In this document: piece by piece, positions 8,527 through 17,800 of the stretch
Layout: every line of letters begins with the position of its first letter
Numbering within the stretch: the stretch's first letter is position 1
Source: an uncultured delta proteobacterium
GTDB lineage: Bacteria; Myxococcota_A; Polyangia; Fen-1088
Length of the DNA: 64,000 nt
Direction of reading: 5' to 3'
Assembly: GCA_963755125.1 (NCBI GenBank)
Contig: CAVWIP010000012.1
Span: 160,001-224,000 of the forward strand
Made by a program: the position numbers and the translations under genes
Notes under the pieces: model-generated
The model's database searches: none
Told to the model about the DNA's origin: nothing
Seen by the model: only the letters and a program-made list of their open reading frames with translations

Positions 8527-10188
8527 CTACGCGCGAGCCGCGTCTTGCTCCACCAAGGCCTTGGCCACGACGTCCATATCGGCCATCAGGCCCTTCGCGC
8601 AAGCCGTGATGGCGCTGGCCCGGAGGGCGCGCTCGAAGTCGGCAATGCCTGCATCATCCACCGCATCCATACCGCGGACCAGACGAACCGCCAGACCCAG
8701 CACGTCAAGCGCCGCCTCGCGCGCGCAGATGCGCGACATGGCCTTGACGGCCGAAGGTGCGAAGAACGGCTGGTACTTGGGCGCGCTCCGGCCCGCAGCA
8801 TAGCGGGCGAAGTTGGCCGCGATCTCTGCCCGTGTCATCAACTCGCCCAGTTGGAATAGCACGTGCTGATTGCGGGTCAGACGGCCGACACGACAGCGCT
8901 CAGCCGTCTCCTGAACAACGTTTACCGCCAAGGCCGCCGCATCAGCCCCCACGTTGGCATCCTCGCGGTGCAGTGCTTCGAGTGAAGCAGCGATCTTCTT
9001 GTAGTACTGCCCGTGGTCCTGCAGGTGCAGGCGCCAGCGATCGCGCGATACCGTCCACTGCATGATCTCGCTGGTGCCTTCGTAGATCGTGGTGATGCGC
9101 ACATCGCGCCGGATCTTCTCGACCTCGTATTCCCTGGTGTAGCCGTAGCCGCCGTGCGCCTGGATGGCGGCGTCGGCCGCGGCGTTACCCGCCTCGGTGG
9201 CAAAGAGCTTCACGATCGCGCCCTCGGTCTGCAACTCCGGCTCGCCCTGGTCCAGCCGATGCGCCGTCTCTTCGATGAGAGCTCGCGCCGCCTCCAGCCT
9301 GACCACATGGGGAACGATCAACTTGTCCATGTAGCCCTGCTTTTCAGCCAGAGGCGAGCCGGCCTGCACGCGCTCACGCGAGTAGCGGATGGCCCTGAGC
9401 ATGGCCGCCACGCCGCCGCCCAGGCCAAAGGCTGCCACCATGAGGCGGGTGAAACCGAACACCGACTGGGCGTGAACCAATCCCTTGCCCTCCACGCCGC
9501 CCAGCAGGTTCTGCTTGGGAACGTACACGTCCTCGAAGCTGACCGGCGAGGTATTGGACGAGCGGATGCCCAGCTTGTTCTCGTGCTTGCCAGGAACCAG
9601 GCCCGGGGTTCCCTGCTCCACCGCGAAGAAGGTGGGCCCGTCGGGCGCCATGGCCAGCACCGTGTATAGCTGCGCGTAGCCGCCGTTGGAGATGAACTGC
9701 TTGGCGCCGTCGATCTTGTAGCCCTTGATTTCGTCGTTCTCCATCACCCGCTCGGCGCGCGTGCGAATGGCAGACAACTCGCTACCCGCCAGGGGCTCGG
9801 TCACGGCGTAGGCGACAATCAAGCCTTCGTCGGCAATTCGCCGCAGCCAGTAGGTCCGCTGCTCCTCGGTCGCGCCAACCACGATGGGGTCGGTTCCCAG
9901 AAAGATGGCCAGGAAGGCGGTCGCCACGCCCAGATCCAGCTTGGCCATCTCCTCCGAGACCCGATAGACGTCGTAGGCGTTGCCGCCCAGGCCGCCCAGT
10001 TCCTCGGGGATGAACAAGAGGTGCAGGCCGATTTCAGGCCCCAGCAACTCACGGATCAGGTCGAGCGGAAAGAGATCCTTCTCATCTAGGTCCAGCCTGA
10101 CCTTGAGCGGCAGCTTCTGCTTGCCAAACGAGGTCAGCGTGTCGATCAGGGTCTGGAGTGAATCTTTGTCGAGACCTGGGTTCTTCAT
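8527..10188 (-). CDS. Acyl-CoA dehydrogenase family protein with C-terminal extension
   Basis: YAVTEPLAGS, GAKQFISNGG, KLGIRSSNT, QAHGGYGYTREY and IYEGT (catalytic Glu). Start placed at ATG 10188 (MKNPG) after AGGAAGG. Confidence 0.93.
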   Translation of the reverse strand: MKNPGLDKDSLQTLIDTLTSFGKQKLPLKVRLDLDEKDLFPLDLIRELLGPEIGLHLLFIPEELGGLGGNAYDVYRVSEEMAKLDLGVATAFLAIFLGTDPIVVGATEEQRTYWLRRIADEGLIVAYAVTEPLAGSELSAIRTRAERVMENDEIKGYKIDGAKQFISNGGYAQLYTVLAMAPDGPTFFAVEQGTPGLVPGKHENKLGIRSSNTSPVSFEDVYVPKQNLLGGVEGKGLVHAQSVFGFTRLMVAAFGLGGGVAAMLRAIRYSRERVQAGSPLAEKQGYMDKLIVPHVVRLEAARALIEETAHRLDQGEPELQTEGAIVKLFATEAGNAAADAAIQAHGGYGYTREYEVEKIRRDVRITTIYEGTSEIMQWTVSRDRWRLHLQDHGQYYKKIAASLEALHREDANVGADAAALAVNVVQETAERCRVGRLTRNQHVLFQLGELMTRAEIAANFARYAAGRSAPKYQPFFAPSAVKAMSRICAREAALDVLGLAVRLVRGMDAVDDAGIADFERALRASAITACAKGLMADMDVVAKALVEQDAARA

Positions 10189-10262
10189 CAGTCTTGTGCC
10201 TTCCTGCGGCCAAGTGAATCGGTGGGAAAAGGGGGATACCCCGGCTGAAAGGCTCCGATGCT

Positions 10263-10279
10263 GGCACAAGCCGGGCCAA
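10263..10279 (-). promoter_or_regulatory. Candidate sigma54 (-24/-12) promoter for the ACAD-PKS operon
   Basis: Minus strand TTGGCCCGGCTTGTGCC = GG-N10-GC, ~75 nt upstream of the ATG. A second GG-N10-GC match (TGGCAGCGGTTTTGCA) lies at 10380-10395. Confidence 0.55.
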
Positions 10280-10337
10280 AATCAAAACCGGACGTCAGAG
10301 CAGGTGTTGCGCACCTCAAGATGCACATATCACACTG

Positions 10338-10351
10338 TAATCATTTGATTA
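10338..10351. promoter_or_regulatory. IHF-consensus / palindromic site in an AT-rich patch
   Basis: Minus strand AATCAAATGATTA matches WATCAANNNNTTR; also a perfect inverted repeat TAATCA-TT-TGATTA. Confidence 0.45.
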
Positions 10352-10587
10352 TTTCTTTAACCATCGTGACGCAAAGATGTGCAAAACCGCTGCCATGTGC
10401 GTCGTCTCCTACACGCCCAGGTTGCCTGAAATGGCCCAGGTGCGACTCCCGACACGCACCCCTGCGGCCTTGGGTACGCACCAATACTGCACAGGCTCCT
10501 CTGCGCCCTCGACTCTCCCCTCTGTGTTCTCAGCCGACGCCGGCTAGCCCGCTGAACTCGCTCCCACCGGCCGCGACCCCGCTTCCA

Positions 10588-10989
10588 TTACTTCCAGCGG
10601 CTTTCACCACCTTCGGACTTCTTCTTGGCTGCTTCGGCAGCCTTCTCCTTGTCCTTCTTCGCCTGGGCCGCCCTGGCCTCTGCCTGCTTCTTCTTGTCGT
10701 TCTGCTGGATCCTCTTCAGGGCAGCCGCGGCGTCCTTCTCCTGTTGCTTGCGGCGCTGCTCCTCGCAGCCCGCCGGTTCACAGTCGCCTTCGCAGGCACA
10801 TTTCAACTTCTTCCCCTTGTTGCAATGGCACTGGTCCTGGGCGTCGCGATAGCAGCCGCAATCGTTGAGAGGCGTTGCAGCCGGCGGAGGCTCCGCTTCC
10901 GCCTTGGCGGCCTTCGATTTGGCAAAACCCAACCCTGGCGCCCAGACCAGAAGGCCGAATACTGCGATGATCGATGGCGTGATCCGCAT
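10588..10989 (-). CDS. Exported Cys-rich protein with Lys/Glu/Ala-rich helical tail
   Basis: ATG 10989 after AGGAG; signal-peptide-like N-terminus; 8 Cys in CGC..CHC..CAC..C..C; coiled-coil-like C-terminus. Confidence 0.75.
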   Translation of the reverse strand: MRITPSIIAVFGLLVWAPGLGFAKSKAAKAEAEPPPAATPLNDCGCYRDAQDQCHCNKGKKLKCACEGDCEPAGCEEQRRKQQEKDAAAALKRIQQNDKKKQAEARAAQAKKDKEKAAEAAKKKSEGGESRWK

Positions 10990-11099
10990 GGCATTCTCCT
11001 CTTGCCAGGCATTATCACGTGAGCCACGAGCCGCGCAACCGTGTTGCGGCCTTGCGGCCGGCCCGCATCCATGATTGAAACACTCGACGGAGAAAGCCG

Positions 11100-11297
11100 A
11101 TGGGTACAAGCCTGACGACCCGTGACAGAACCGAAGCGCGAAAGAAGGGGCTGCTGGCGGTCGGAGCCTGGGGAGGCGCGGGACTGCTTGTCCTCACGCA
11201 TTGGCCACTGTGGTTCCCCTTGGCCGCTGCTGGGGGCGCAGGATACCTGACCTACAAATGGTTCATGTTCCGCGCGAAACGCGGCATGCGGTTCTAG
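11100..11297 (+). CDS. Small membrane protein (65 aa, about two hydrophobic segments)
   Basis: GGAG RBS, hydrophobic core, basic C-terminus; fits between flanking genes without overlap. Confidence 0.7.
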   Translation: MGTSLTTRDRTEARKKGLLAVGAWGGAGLLVLTHWPLWFPLAAAGGAGYLTYKWFMFRAKRGMRF

Positions 11298-11301
11298 GAA
11301 C

Positions 11302-11937
11302 CTACGGCTCGATATAAAGCGGCGGTCCGGAAGGTCTCTGGGACTCGCCAGACGGGCCTCCGGGCTGGCTGCGCCCGACCTGGTGGAAAGTCAAGGGCAA
11401 GTCCACATGCACCGCATCTCCTTCGAATCGCGGAAACCGCATGTTCTGGACGGAGATCCGCACGCAGCGCTCGGCATCAGGGGGCGCCCCGTTGACGCGG
11501 ATAAGGCTGGGGCGTCCCGACGGATCAGCCTCGAACGACACCGCCACCATCGGGTTCTCGGCAGACGGCGAGAAGCAGGATGCCAGCGTCGCCATCGTGC
11601 CTTGAATCGCTACGTTCAGCGTGTCGCGGCTGAGTCCGTTCGGATTTCCGTTGAGCGTGCCCGCGTTTCCTGAGGCGGCGGGGTTGGCGGCGGCGGCCGG
11701 AGCTGGATCAGCTTCCACGAGCTCAGCCGACGGAGAAAAGCCCTCAAAACCTCGCAGCCTGCGCGGTCCCAAACGTTCGGGAGCCGCCTCCGGTGACGTT
11801 GGTATTGCCGGAAGGGGGGGCAATTCCCTCTTCTTGAGGCCCAAAGCCTCGCATCCCGCGCCCGACCATGCCAGCACCAGCATCAGGCCGAGCGTGACCG
11901 GCCCTGCTGGCAAGCTGTGCGACGACTTCGTCCGCAT
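11302..11937 (-). CDS. Putative lipoprotein with Pro-rich linker and AgmX/PglI-type (TonB_C-like) C-terminal domain
   Basis: Lipobox-like GAGC after a hydrophobic stretch; C-terminal pattern LASCF...VSF...G....C.....MRFP.F.G.....DLPLTF; start uncertain. Confidence 0.65.
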   Translation of the reverse strand: MRTKSSHSLPAGPVTLGLMLVLAWSGAGCEALGLKKRELPPLPAIPTSPEAAPERLGPRRLRGFEGFSPSAELVEADPAPAAAANPAASGNAGTLNGNPNGLSRDTLNVAIQGTMATLASCFSPSAENPMVAVSFEADPSGRPSLIRVNGAPPDAERCVRISVQNMRFPRFEGDAVHVDLPLTFHQVGRSQPGGPSGESQRPSGPPLYIEP

Positions 11938-12056
11938 TCTCTCATTGTATCGGAAGGTCATCGACGTCGCTTGAACGGGAGCGACTCCTTTGCTGCATGC
12001 CGCCATATCGTAGGTGCCGAGCCGGAACCGTCGAAGCGGTGTAGTGTCATTCGCCG

Positions 12057-12983
12057 ATGCGTATCGGAGTTGACCTGGGCGGAAGCAAGACTGAAAGCGT
12101 TGCCATCGACGACGCCGGAATCGAACGCGCACGATTGCGCGTACCCACGCCCAGCCACAGCTACGACGAGATCGTCGCATCCATCGTGCGTCTGGTGCGC
12201 GACACCGAGGCCCGCGTCGGGCAGACGGGCACGGTCGGCATAGGAATCCCCGGCGCCGTGTCTCCCGCCACCGGGCTGGTCAAGAATGCCAACACGGTCG
12301 TGCTCATCGGGCGCACACTTGATCGCGACCTGGCGCACGCCCTGGACCGGCCTGTGCGGGTGGCCAACGACGCCAACTGCTTCGCGCTCTCGGAAGCCTC
12401 GGACGGGGCGGGTGCCGGCGCCAGGGTCGTCTTCGGCGTCATCGTGGGCACGGGAACGGGCGGCGGCGTGGTGGTGGATGGGAAGCTGCTGACCGGGCCA
12501 CACGCCATCGCAGGCGAATGGGGGCACAACCCCTTGCCCTGGCCTCACGACGATGAGCGCCCGGGCCCACCTTGCTACTGCGGAAAGAACGGCTGCATCG
12601 AAACCTTCCTGGCTGGGCCCAGCCTGGCCCGCGACCATCAGCTTCACACCGGTGAAGCGCGGGACGCGGGCGACATCGCCCGGCGCGCTGAAGCCGGCGA
12701 CGCGGTTGCCGTGGCAACCATGACTCGCTATGAGGATCGCATGGCGCGGGGGCTGGCGTCGGTGATCAACCTTCTCGATCCCGATGTCATCGTCTTGGGC
12801 GGCGGGGTCTCGAACATCGCGCGCCTGTATCGTGAGGTTCCGCTGCGGTTGGGCCAGTACGTATTCTCGGACACGGTGAGCACGCCCGTCGTCCCAGCCC
12901 GCCACGGCGATTCCAGCGGGGTGCGCGGGGCCGCCTGGCTGTGGCCGCTTCCCCCTAGCGCATCTGCCGCCGGACCTGGATGA
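12057..12983 (+). CDS. mak: ROK-family sugar kinase (manno/fructokinase-like)
   Basis: MRIGVDLGGSK, NDANCFALSE, GTGTGGG, AGEWGHNPLP and CYCGKNGCIET zinc motif. Confidence 0.9.
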   Translation: MRIGVDLGGSKTESVAIDDAGIERARLRVPTPSHSYDEIVASIVRLVRDTEARVGQTGTVGIGIPGAVSPATGLVKNANTVVLIGRTLDRDLAHALDRPVRVANDANCFALSEASDGAGAGARVVFGVIVGTGTGGGVVVDGKLLTGPHAIAGEWGHNPLPWPHDDERPGPPCYCGKNGCIETFLAGPSLARDHQLHTGEARDAGDIARRAEAGDAVAVATMTRYEDRMARGLASVINLLDPDVIVLGGGVSNIARLYREVPLRLGQYVFSDTVSTPVVPARHGDSSGVRGAAWLWPLPPSASAAGPG

Positions 12984-13239
12984 AGGTGGAAACCACCAGG
13001 AAGAGCCCCAGCAGGATCCAGATGATGCCCCAGCGGATGTGCCGGTGCTGCTCGGGACCGCGTTCGAGACGCTCTTCGGGCTCGCTGGCCCGATCGCCGG
13101 AGGCTTCCTCCCCGATCTGGTCGTCGTCGGGACGCGTGCGCAGCCGCGGAGCACCCAGATACTTGACCCGAAGGGTGCCAAATAGGATGAGCACGCACCC
13201 GACGGCGTAGGGAATCGCGGGAGGGATATTGAGCTGCAT
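12955..13239 (-). CDS. Small two-TM membrane protein
   Basis: GGAG RBS; two hydrophobic helices flanking a charged loop; follows the rny-like gene on the same strand. Confidence 0.65.
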   Translation of the reverse strand: MQLNIPPAIPYAVGCVLILFGTLRVKYLGAPRLRTRPDDDQIGEEASGDRASEPEERLERGPEQHRHIRWGIIWILLGLFLVVSTFIQVRRQMR

Positions 13240-13260
13240 CGCTTCTCCAGCTATGTGTCC

Positions 13261-14820
13261 CTAGCTCGCGATCTCGTCGGCCCTGAACTCGCGAATCACG
13301 GTCACCTTGATCTGGCCCGGGAAGGTCATCTCGCGCGAGATGCTTTCCGCGATCTGGGTTGACAGCAGCACCGCCCCTCGATCGTTCACCCGATTCTCGT
13401 CCACGTACACGCGCACCTCGCGTCCACCTTGCACCGCGAAGGCTTCGTCGACACCGGCAAAGGCGCGGCTGATGCGCTCGATCTCCTCCAGCTTGGCCAT
13501 GTGATTGTCCTCGGCCTGCCGGCGCGCGCCCGGCCGTCCGCCCGACATGGCATCAGCCGCCGCGACCAGATACGCGTAGGCGCTATCGAACGGCTCATCG
13601 GTGTGATGCGCCCCGATGGCGTTGGCCACCACTTCCGGCTCTTTCAGTCGACGCGCATACTCCGCTCCGATGGAGGCGTGCGACCCGTCGAGTTCATGGG
13701 TCAGCGCCTTGCCTATGTCGTGCAGCAGCGCCGCCCGCCGGGCGAGCTTGACGTCCATCCCCAGCTCCGCCGCCATCATGCCGCACAGAAACCCCGCCTC
13801 AACCGAGTGCTTCCACTGATTCTGTGCATAGCTGGTGCGGAAGTTGAGTCGGCCCACCAGCTTCACGATGTCGGGATGTGCGCGGTCGATGGCAAGCAGG
13901 GAAAACGCTCGTCGCCCCAGGTCGAGCGTCTCACGTTCCACGTCCACCACGATCCCGCGCGCCAGCCGTGTCACCGCGGCGGGTCCGCTGATGGATCGCT
14001 TCAACATGCGATTCACGCAGCGTCGGGCGATCTCCCGGCCCACCCCGTCGAGTCCCTCGATGCGGACCGCCGGTTGCCCGTCCAACAAGGAGAGCTGCAC
14101 GTTGGTGACCGCCTCGATGGCACGCAAGTCAGCATCAACGGGTGGCACCTGTCCGGGCCGCAAGTCCGACAGGGGAATCACGAACTGGGGTCGCTCGGTC
14201 AAATCGTGGCCGGAAAAGCGACCCACCGCGATGCCCATGATTCTCTTGGCCGCGCGGATCTGGCTCCCCGACATAGCCGACTCCGCCATCTGGCGCAGCA
14301 TCTGTGCGGCAGCCGCGCGTGCGTCCTCGACCTCCGCTTCCACCAGCATCCGCTGCGCTTCTCGCGCAGGCCGGGCCGCCACCCGCTCCAACTCGGCTTG
14401 CCGGCTCCTTTCGATCGACTGCACCTCCGCTGTCAGAGCACGCCCGTCCTGCTCCCGCTCGGCCACCGGCGCCTCGCGTTCCGCAAGACGCTGGCGCGCC
14501 TCTCCCAGCAGTCGCACCTCCTCATCAATGCGCACCGCCTGAGCCGCAAGCGCAGTCTCGCTCTCCGCCAGCTCGGCTTCCCGTGCACGCAGGCCTGCCT
14601 CCACCTCGGACCGGATGGCCAGGGCCTGTTCGCGCGCCTGGATGTCCGACTCGCGCAGCAAGGCCTGCCCCTCGATCTCCGCCTCGCTGCGGATGCGCCT
14701 GGCCTCCCCGCCGTCGGGGTCGGCACCCGGCCGCCGCAGACGACGGCCCGCCCACATGCCGAAGCACGCGCCGGCCGCCAGTCCGACGAGCACCGTGATC
14801 CAGACGGCCGGCTCGCCCAT
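13261..14820 (-). CDS. rny: Ribonuclease Y-like protein (N-terminal TM, coiled coil, degenerate KH, HD domain)
   Basis: RTSYAQNQWKHSVE, LLHDIGKA, AADAMSGGRPGARR, FAVQGGREVR and FPGQIKVTVIRE are RNase Y motifs; the KH GRIIGREG motif is absent. Confidence 0.85.
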   Translation of the reverse strand: MGEPAVWITVLVGLAAGACFGMWAGRRLRRPGADPDGGEARRIRSEAEIEGQALLRESDIQAREQALAIRSEVEAGLRAREAELAESETALAAQAVRIDEEVRLLGEARQRLAEREAPVAEREQDGRALTAEVQSIERSRQAELERVAARPAREAQRMLVEAEVEDARAAAAQMLRQMAESAMSGSQIRAAKRIMGIAVGRFSGHDLTERPQFVIPLSDLRPGQVPPVDADLRAIEAVTNVQLSLLDGQPAVRIEGLDGVGREIARRCVNRMLKRSISGPAAVTRLARGIVVDVERETLDLGRRAFSLLAIDRAHPDIVKLVGRLNFRTSYAQNQWKHSVEAGFLCGMMAAELGMDVKLARRAALLHDIGKALTHELDGSHASIGAEYARRLKEPEVVANAIGAHHTDEPFDSAYAYLVAAADAMSGGRPGARRQAEDNHMAKLEEIERISRAFAGVDEAFAVQGGREVRVYVDENRVNDRGAVLLSTQIAESISREMTFPGQIKVTVIREFRADEIAS

Positions 14821-17800
14821 CTACCCGATCGCAAGTCCCAGGTGCGCGCGCAGGGCGAAGTATTCGTCCGACACGCACCACTGAATCAGGTCCCGAACCT
14901 TGTCCTTGGGATCGGCGCAGCCCACCGCCAAGGGCTCGGACTGGATCTGGTGGGCCGCCACCTCCAGGTCGTTGCACATGAGGAAGCCGGCCCGCGACGA
15001 GGTGAAGTCCACCGCCTTGGACCAGCGGTGCAGATCCGCCTCGGCCTGACTCTCGATGAAGCGCCGGACCACCTCGGCCAGCTGCTCGACGTTCTGGGGC
15101 GGAACCAGGCGGCGCAGAAGCTCCAGACGCTCCGCTACCGGTTGCTCCATGTCCGACTTGATGGGCACCTTGGGCTGCACCAGCTTGAGCGCCGCCAGGA
15201 AGTACGCCTTCAGTTCGGACACCTGGGGCACCACCGCCGGCCAGCGCACGACGTGATCGGGCCGCATCAGCGTCAGCTTCTTGCCCAAGGCGTAGGCCAA
15301 TTCCTTTTCCTGCTTGCCCTGCAACAAGGCAGCCCCGACCACGAAGGACGGGCAGAGTTGCTGCTTCTCGCGCGCGTTCATCAGCTCGAGCTCGCCCGGC
15401 CAATCCTGACGCAAGTACAGTTCAGGCGCTGTGACCGCAAGCGCCTGGCTCACGTAGACGAAGACGCCACTGAACATCAGCTTGTCGTTGGTGGGATCGC
15501 GCCGATCCCTGCGCCGAATTCCCACTTCCTTGTGCTCGCGGGCGCGCACCGCCATGATGGCCTGGCTGATGCTCGCCAGGATGAGCGAGATGTAGCGATC
15601 CTCATCGCCGTGGTAGATGTACTTCTGCCAGAGCTCCTCATTGAGCCGCGCCTTCACCCGGGACAGGGTCTTCACTTTGTACTGCTCGTGGAAGCGCAAC
15701 TCCTCGGCATCGGCCTGGCGCAGATAGGCGAGCACCGAGGCCGTGCACCAGACCTGGTCGTACTTGCCCATGTCGGTAAACAGGTGCCGGAGTGTCTTGA
15801 GGATGGGCACCATCGCCCCGATGTCCTGCGTGCGCCTGAGGATCGCACGCCACGCGCGCACGGCCTTGTCGTAGGCTTCCGGCCCCTGCATTTGGTACAG
15901 TTCAGCCAAGATCTGGTGGCGCGGCATATTGTCGGGCTCCAGCTTCGCGCACACCTCGAACGCTTCAGCGGCGGCACGGTAGTCCTTGAGCCGTGAGCGG
16001 TAGATTTCGCCCAGCGCGTGCCACAGGGCGATCTGGGTCGACCGCTTCTCGGGCGGCACCTCGGTGCCCAGACGCTTGATCATGCGACGGTAGGCCCGCT
16101 GCTGGTTGGTCCAGTCCTTCTTCGCCGTCATGATCTTGTCGATGCGCTCGAAGGGCTTGAGGTCGTCGGGGTACTCGTCCAGCGCCTTGTTGAACAGCTC
16201 CACCGCCTCATCGGGCGAGTGCAACTCGGCGTTGGTGATCTGGCCCGCCGTCTGCAGGTACTTGGCCTTGACCCGACCTGTCTCGATGGCTGCCAGGCGC
16301 AACAGAATCTCCACCGCCTTCTTCCACTGCTTGGTTTCAGTGAGCAGCTCCAACACGTCGGCCAGCAGGCCGCGCGCATCGGGCTTGACCTCGATCGCCT
16401 CGAGATAGGCCGCGATGGCCTTCTGCGGGTTCTTCAACCGCTCCTTGTAGACCCCGATGATCTCCTCGTGCAGACGGAGCTTCTCTTCATCGCTCTCGAC
16501 ATGTGCGAGCAAGGCCCGCTTCTGGCGAATCACCGCTTCCCAGTCTCCGGCGGCGGCGTGGATCTCGGTCAACGCCTCCAGCGTGGGGCGGTGGCCGGGA
16601 TCGATCTCCAACGCCTTCTCGAACATGTTGATGGCCTTGGCCCGGTCGCCGATCTTCGTCTTGATGTGGCCGATGCGATGGAAGATCTCCACGATCTGCG
16701 CTTCGCTCTGCGACTCGCGATGGTGAACCAGAATGGTCTGGTATAGCTTGAACGCTTCGTCCCACTGCTCGCGGCGATAGAGCAGATTGGCCCGGTCCAC
16801 CAGGGTGGGCAGGTGGGTGGCGTCCAGTTCGTAAGCCGAGCGGTAGTATTTGAGCGCTTTCTCCTCGTCGCCCAGTTGCTCCGCCGCCTTGGCCAGGCGG
16901 TAGCACAAAATGTTGAGCTCGCGGTGAGCCCGACGATCCGCCTTGCGCGTCAGCATCTCCAGGATGGGCACCAGCGGCGCCCATTCACTCTGGCGGTAGT
17001 AGATGTCGGCCAGCGGGGTTGCGGCCTCGACGTGTTCCGGATCGAGTTCCAGGGTGCGCGCGTACAGTTCCTTGGCCTTGGCCTCGTCGCCCAGCTCGGT
17101 CTGGTAGAGCTTGCCGGCTTCGTAAAGGAGGCGGGTACGTTCCAGCACGTTGGGCGTGTGCGACTCGGCACGCTCCATGAACTGAGCCGCCTTGAAGGAG
17201 TCGCCGCGCCGCTTGTAGATGTTGAGCAGCGACAGCATGCTGGGCACGTGCGTCGGGTCGATGGCCAGGGCATCGCTCAGGCGTTCCTCGGCGATGTCCG
17301 ACATCTGCATCTGCTCGTCGAGTATCTTGCCCAGGCGGTAGCTCAGGTCGACCTTCTCGGGGGGCGAGGCTTGGCCCACCAGCCGCTGCATGATGTCCAC
17401 CGCGCGCTCCCACTGCTCCGTCTCCTCGTACAGTCGCGCCAGCCCCCGCAAGGCCTCGGCGTGGTCGGGGTCCACATTGAGGATTTCGTTGAAAGCCTCG
17501 ATGGCACTGTCGGGATCGCGCAACCCTTCCTCGTACACCCGTCCCATGTCCAGGTAGATCGTAGCCTTGGCCGCCACATCGTTCTCCACCTGGATGTGCT
17601 TGCGGAAGGTGTCCACCAGCGCATCCCACTTGCGCTCGCCACGATAGAGACGTTCCAGATCCTGGCACGCCTTGAGATTGCGCGGATCGATGGTGAGCGC
17701 CTGCTGCAGGCTATCGATGGCATCGTCGATCTTGCCGGGAAGTTGCTCGCACACCTGCGCCATGCGCAGCAGGAGAGCGACCCGGTCATCGTCGGGCGCC

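Noticed and set aside
10360..10400. GACGCAAAG resembling the c-di-GMP-I riboswitch core
   Set aside because: Lacks the upstream GGCAAA/GNRA P2 stem, and no gene follows on that strand
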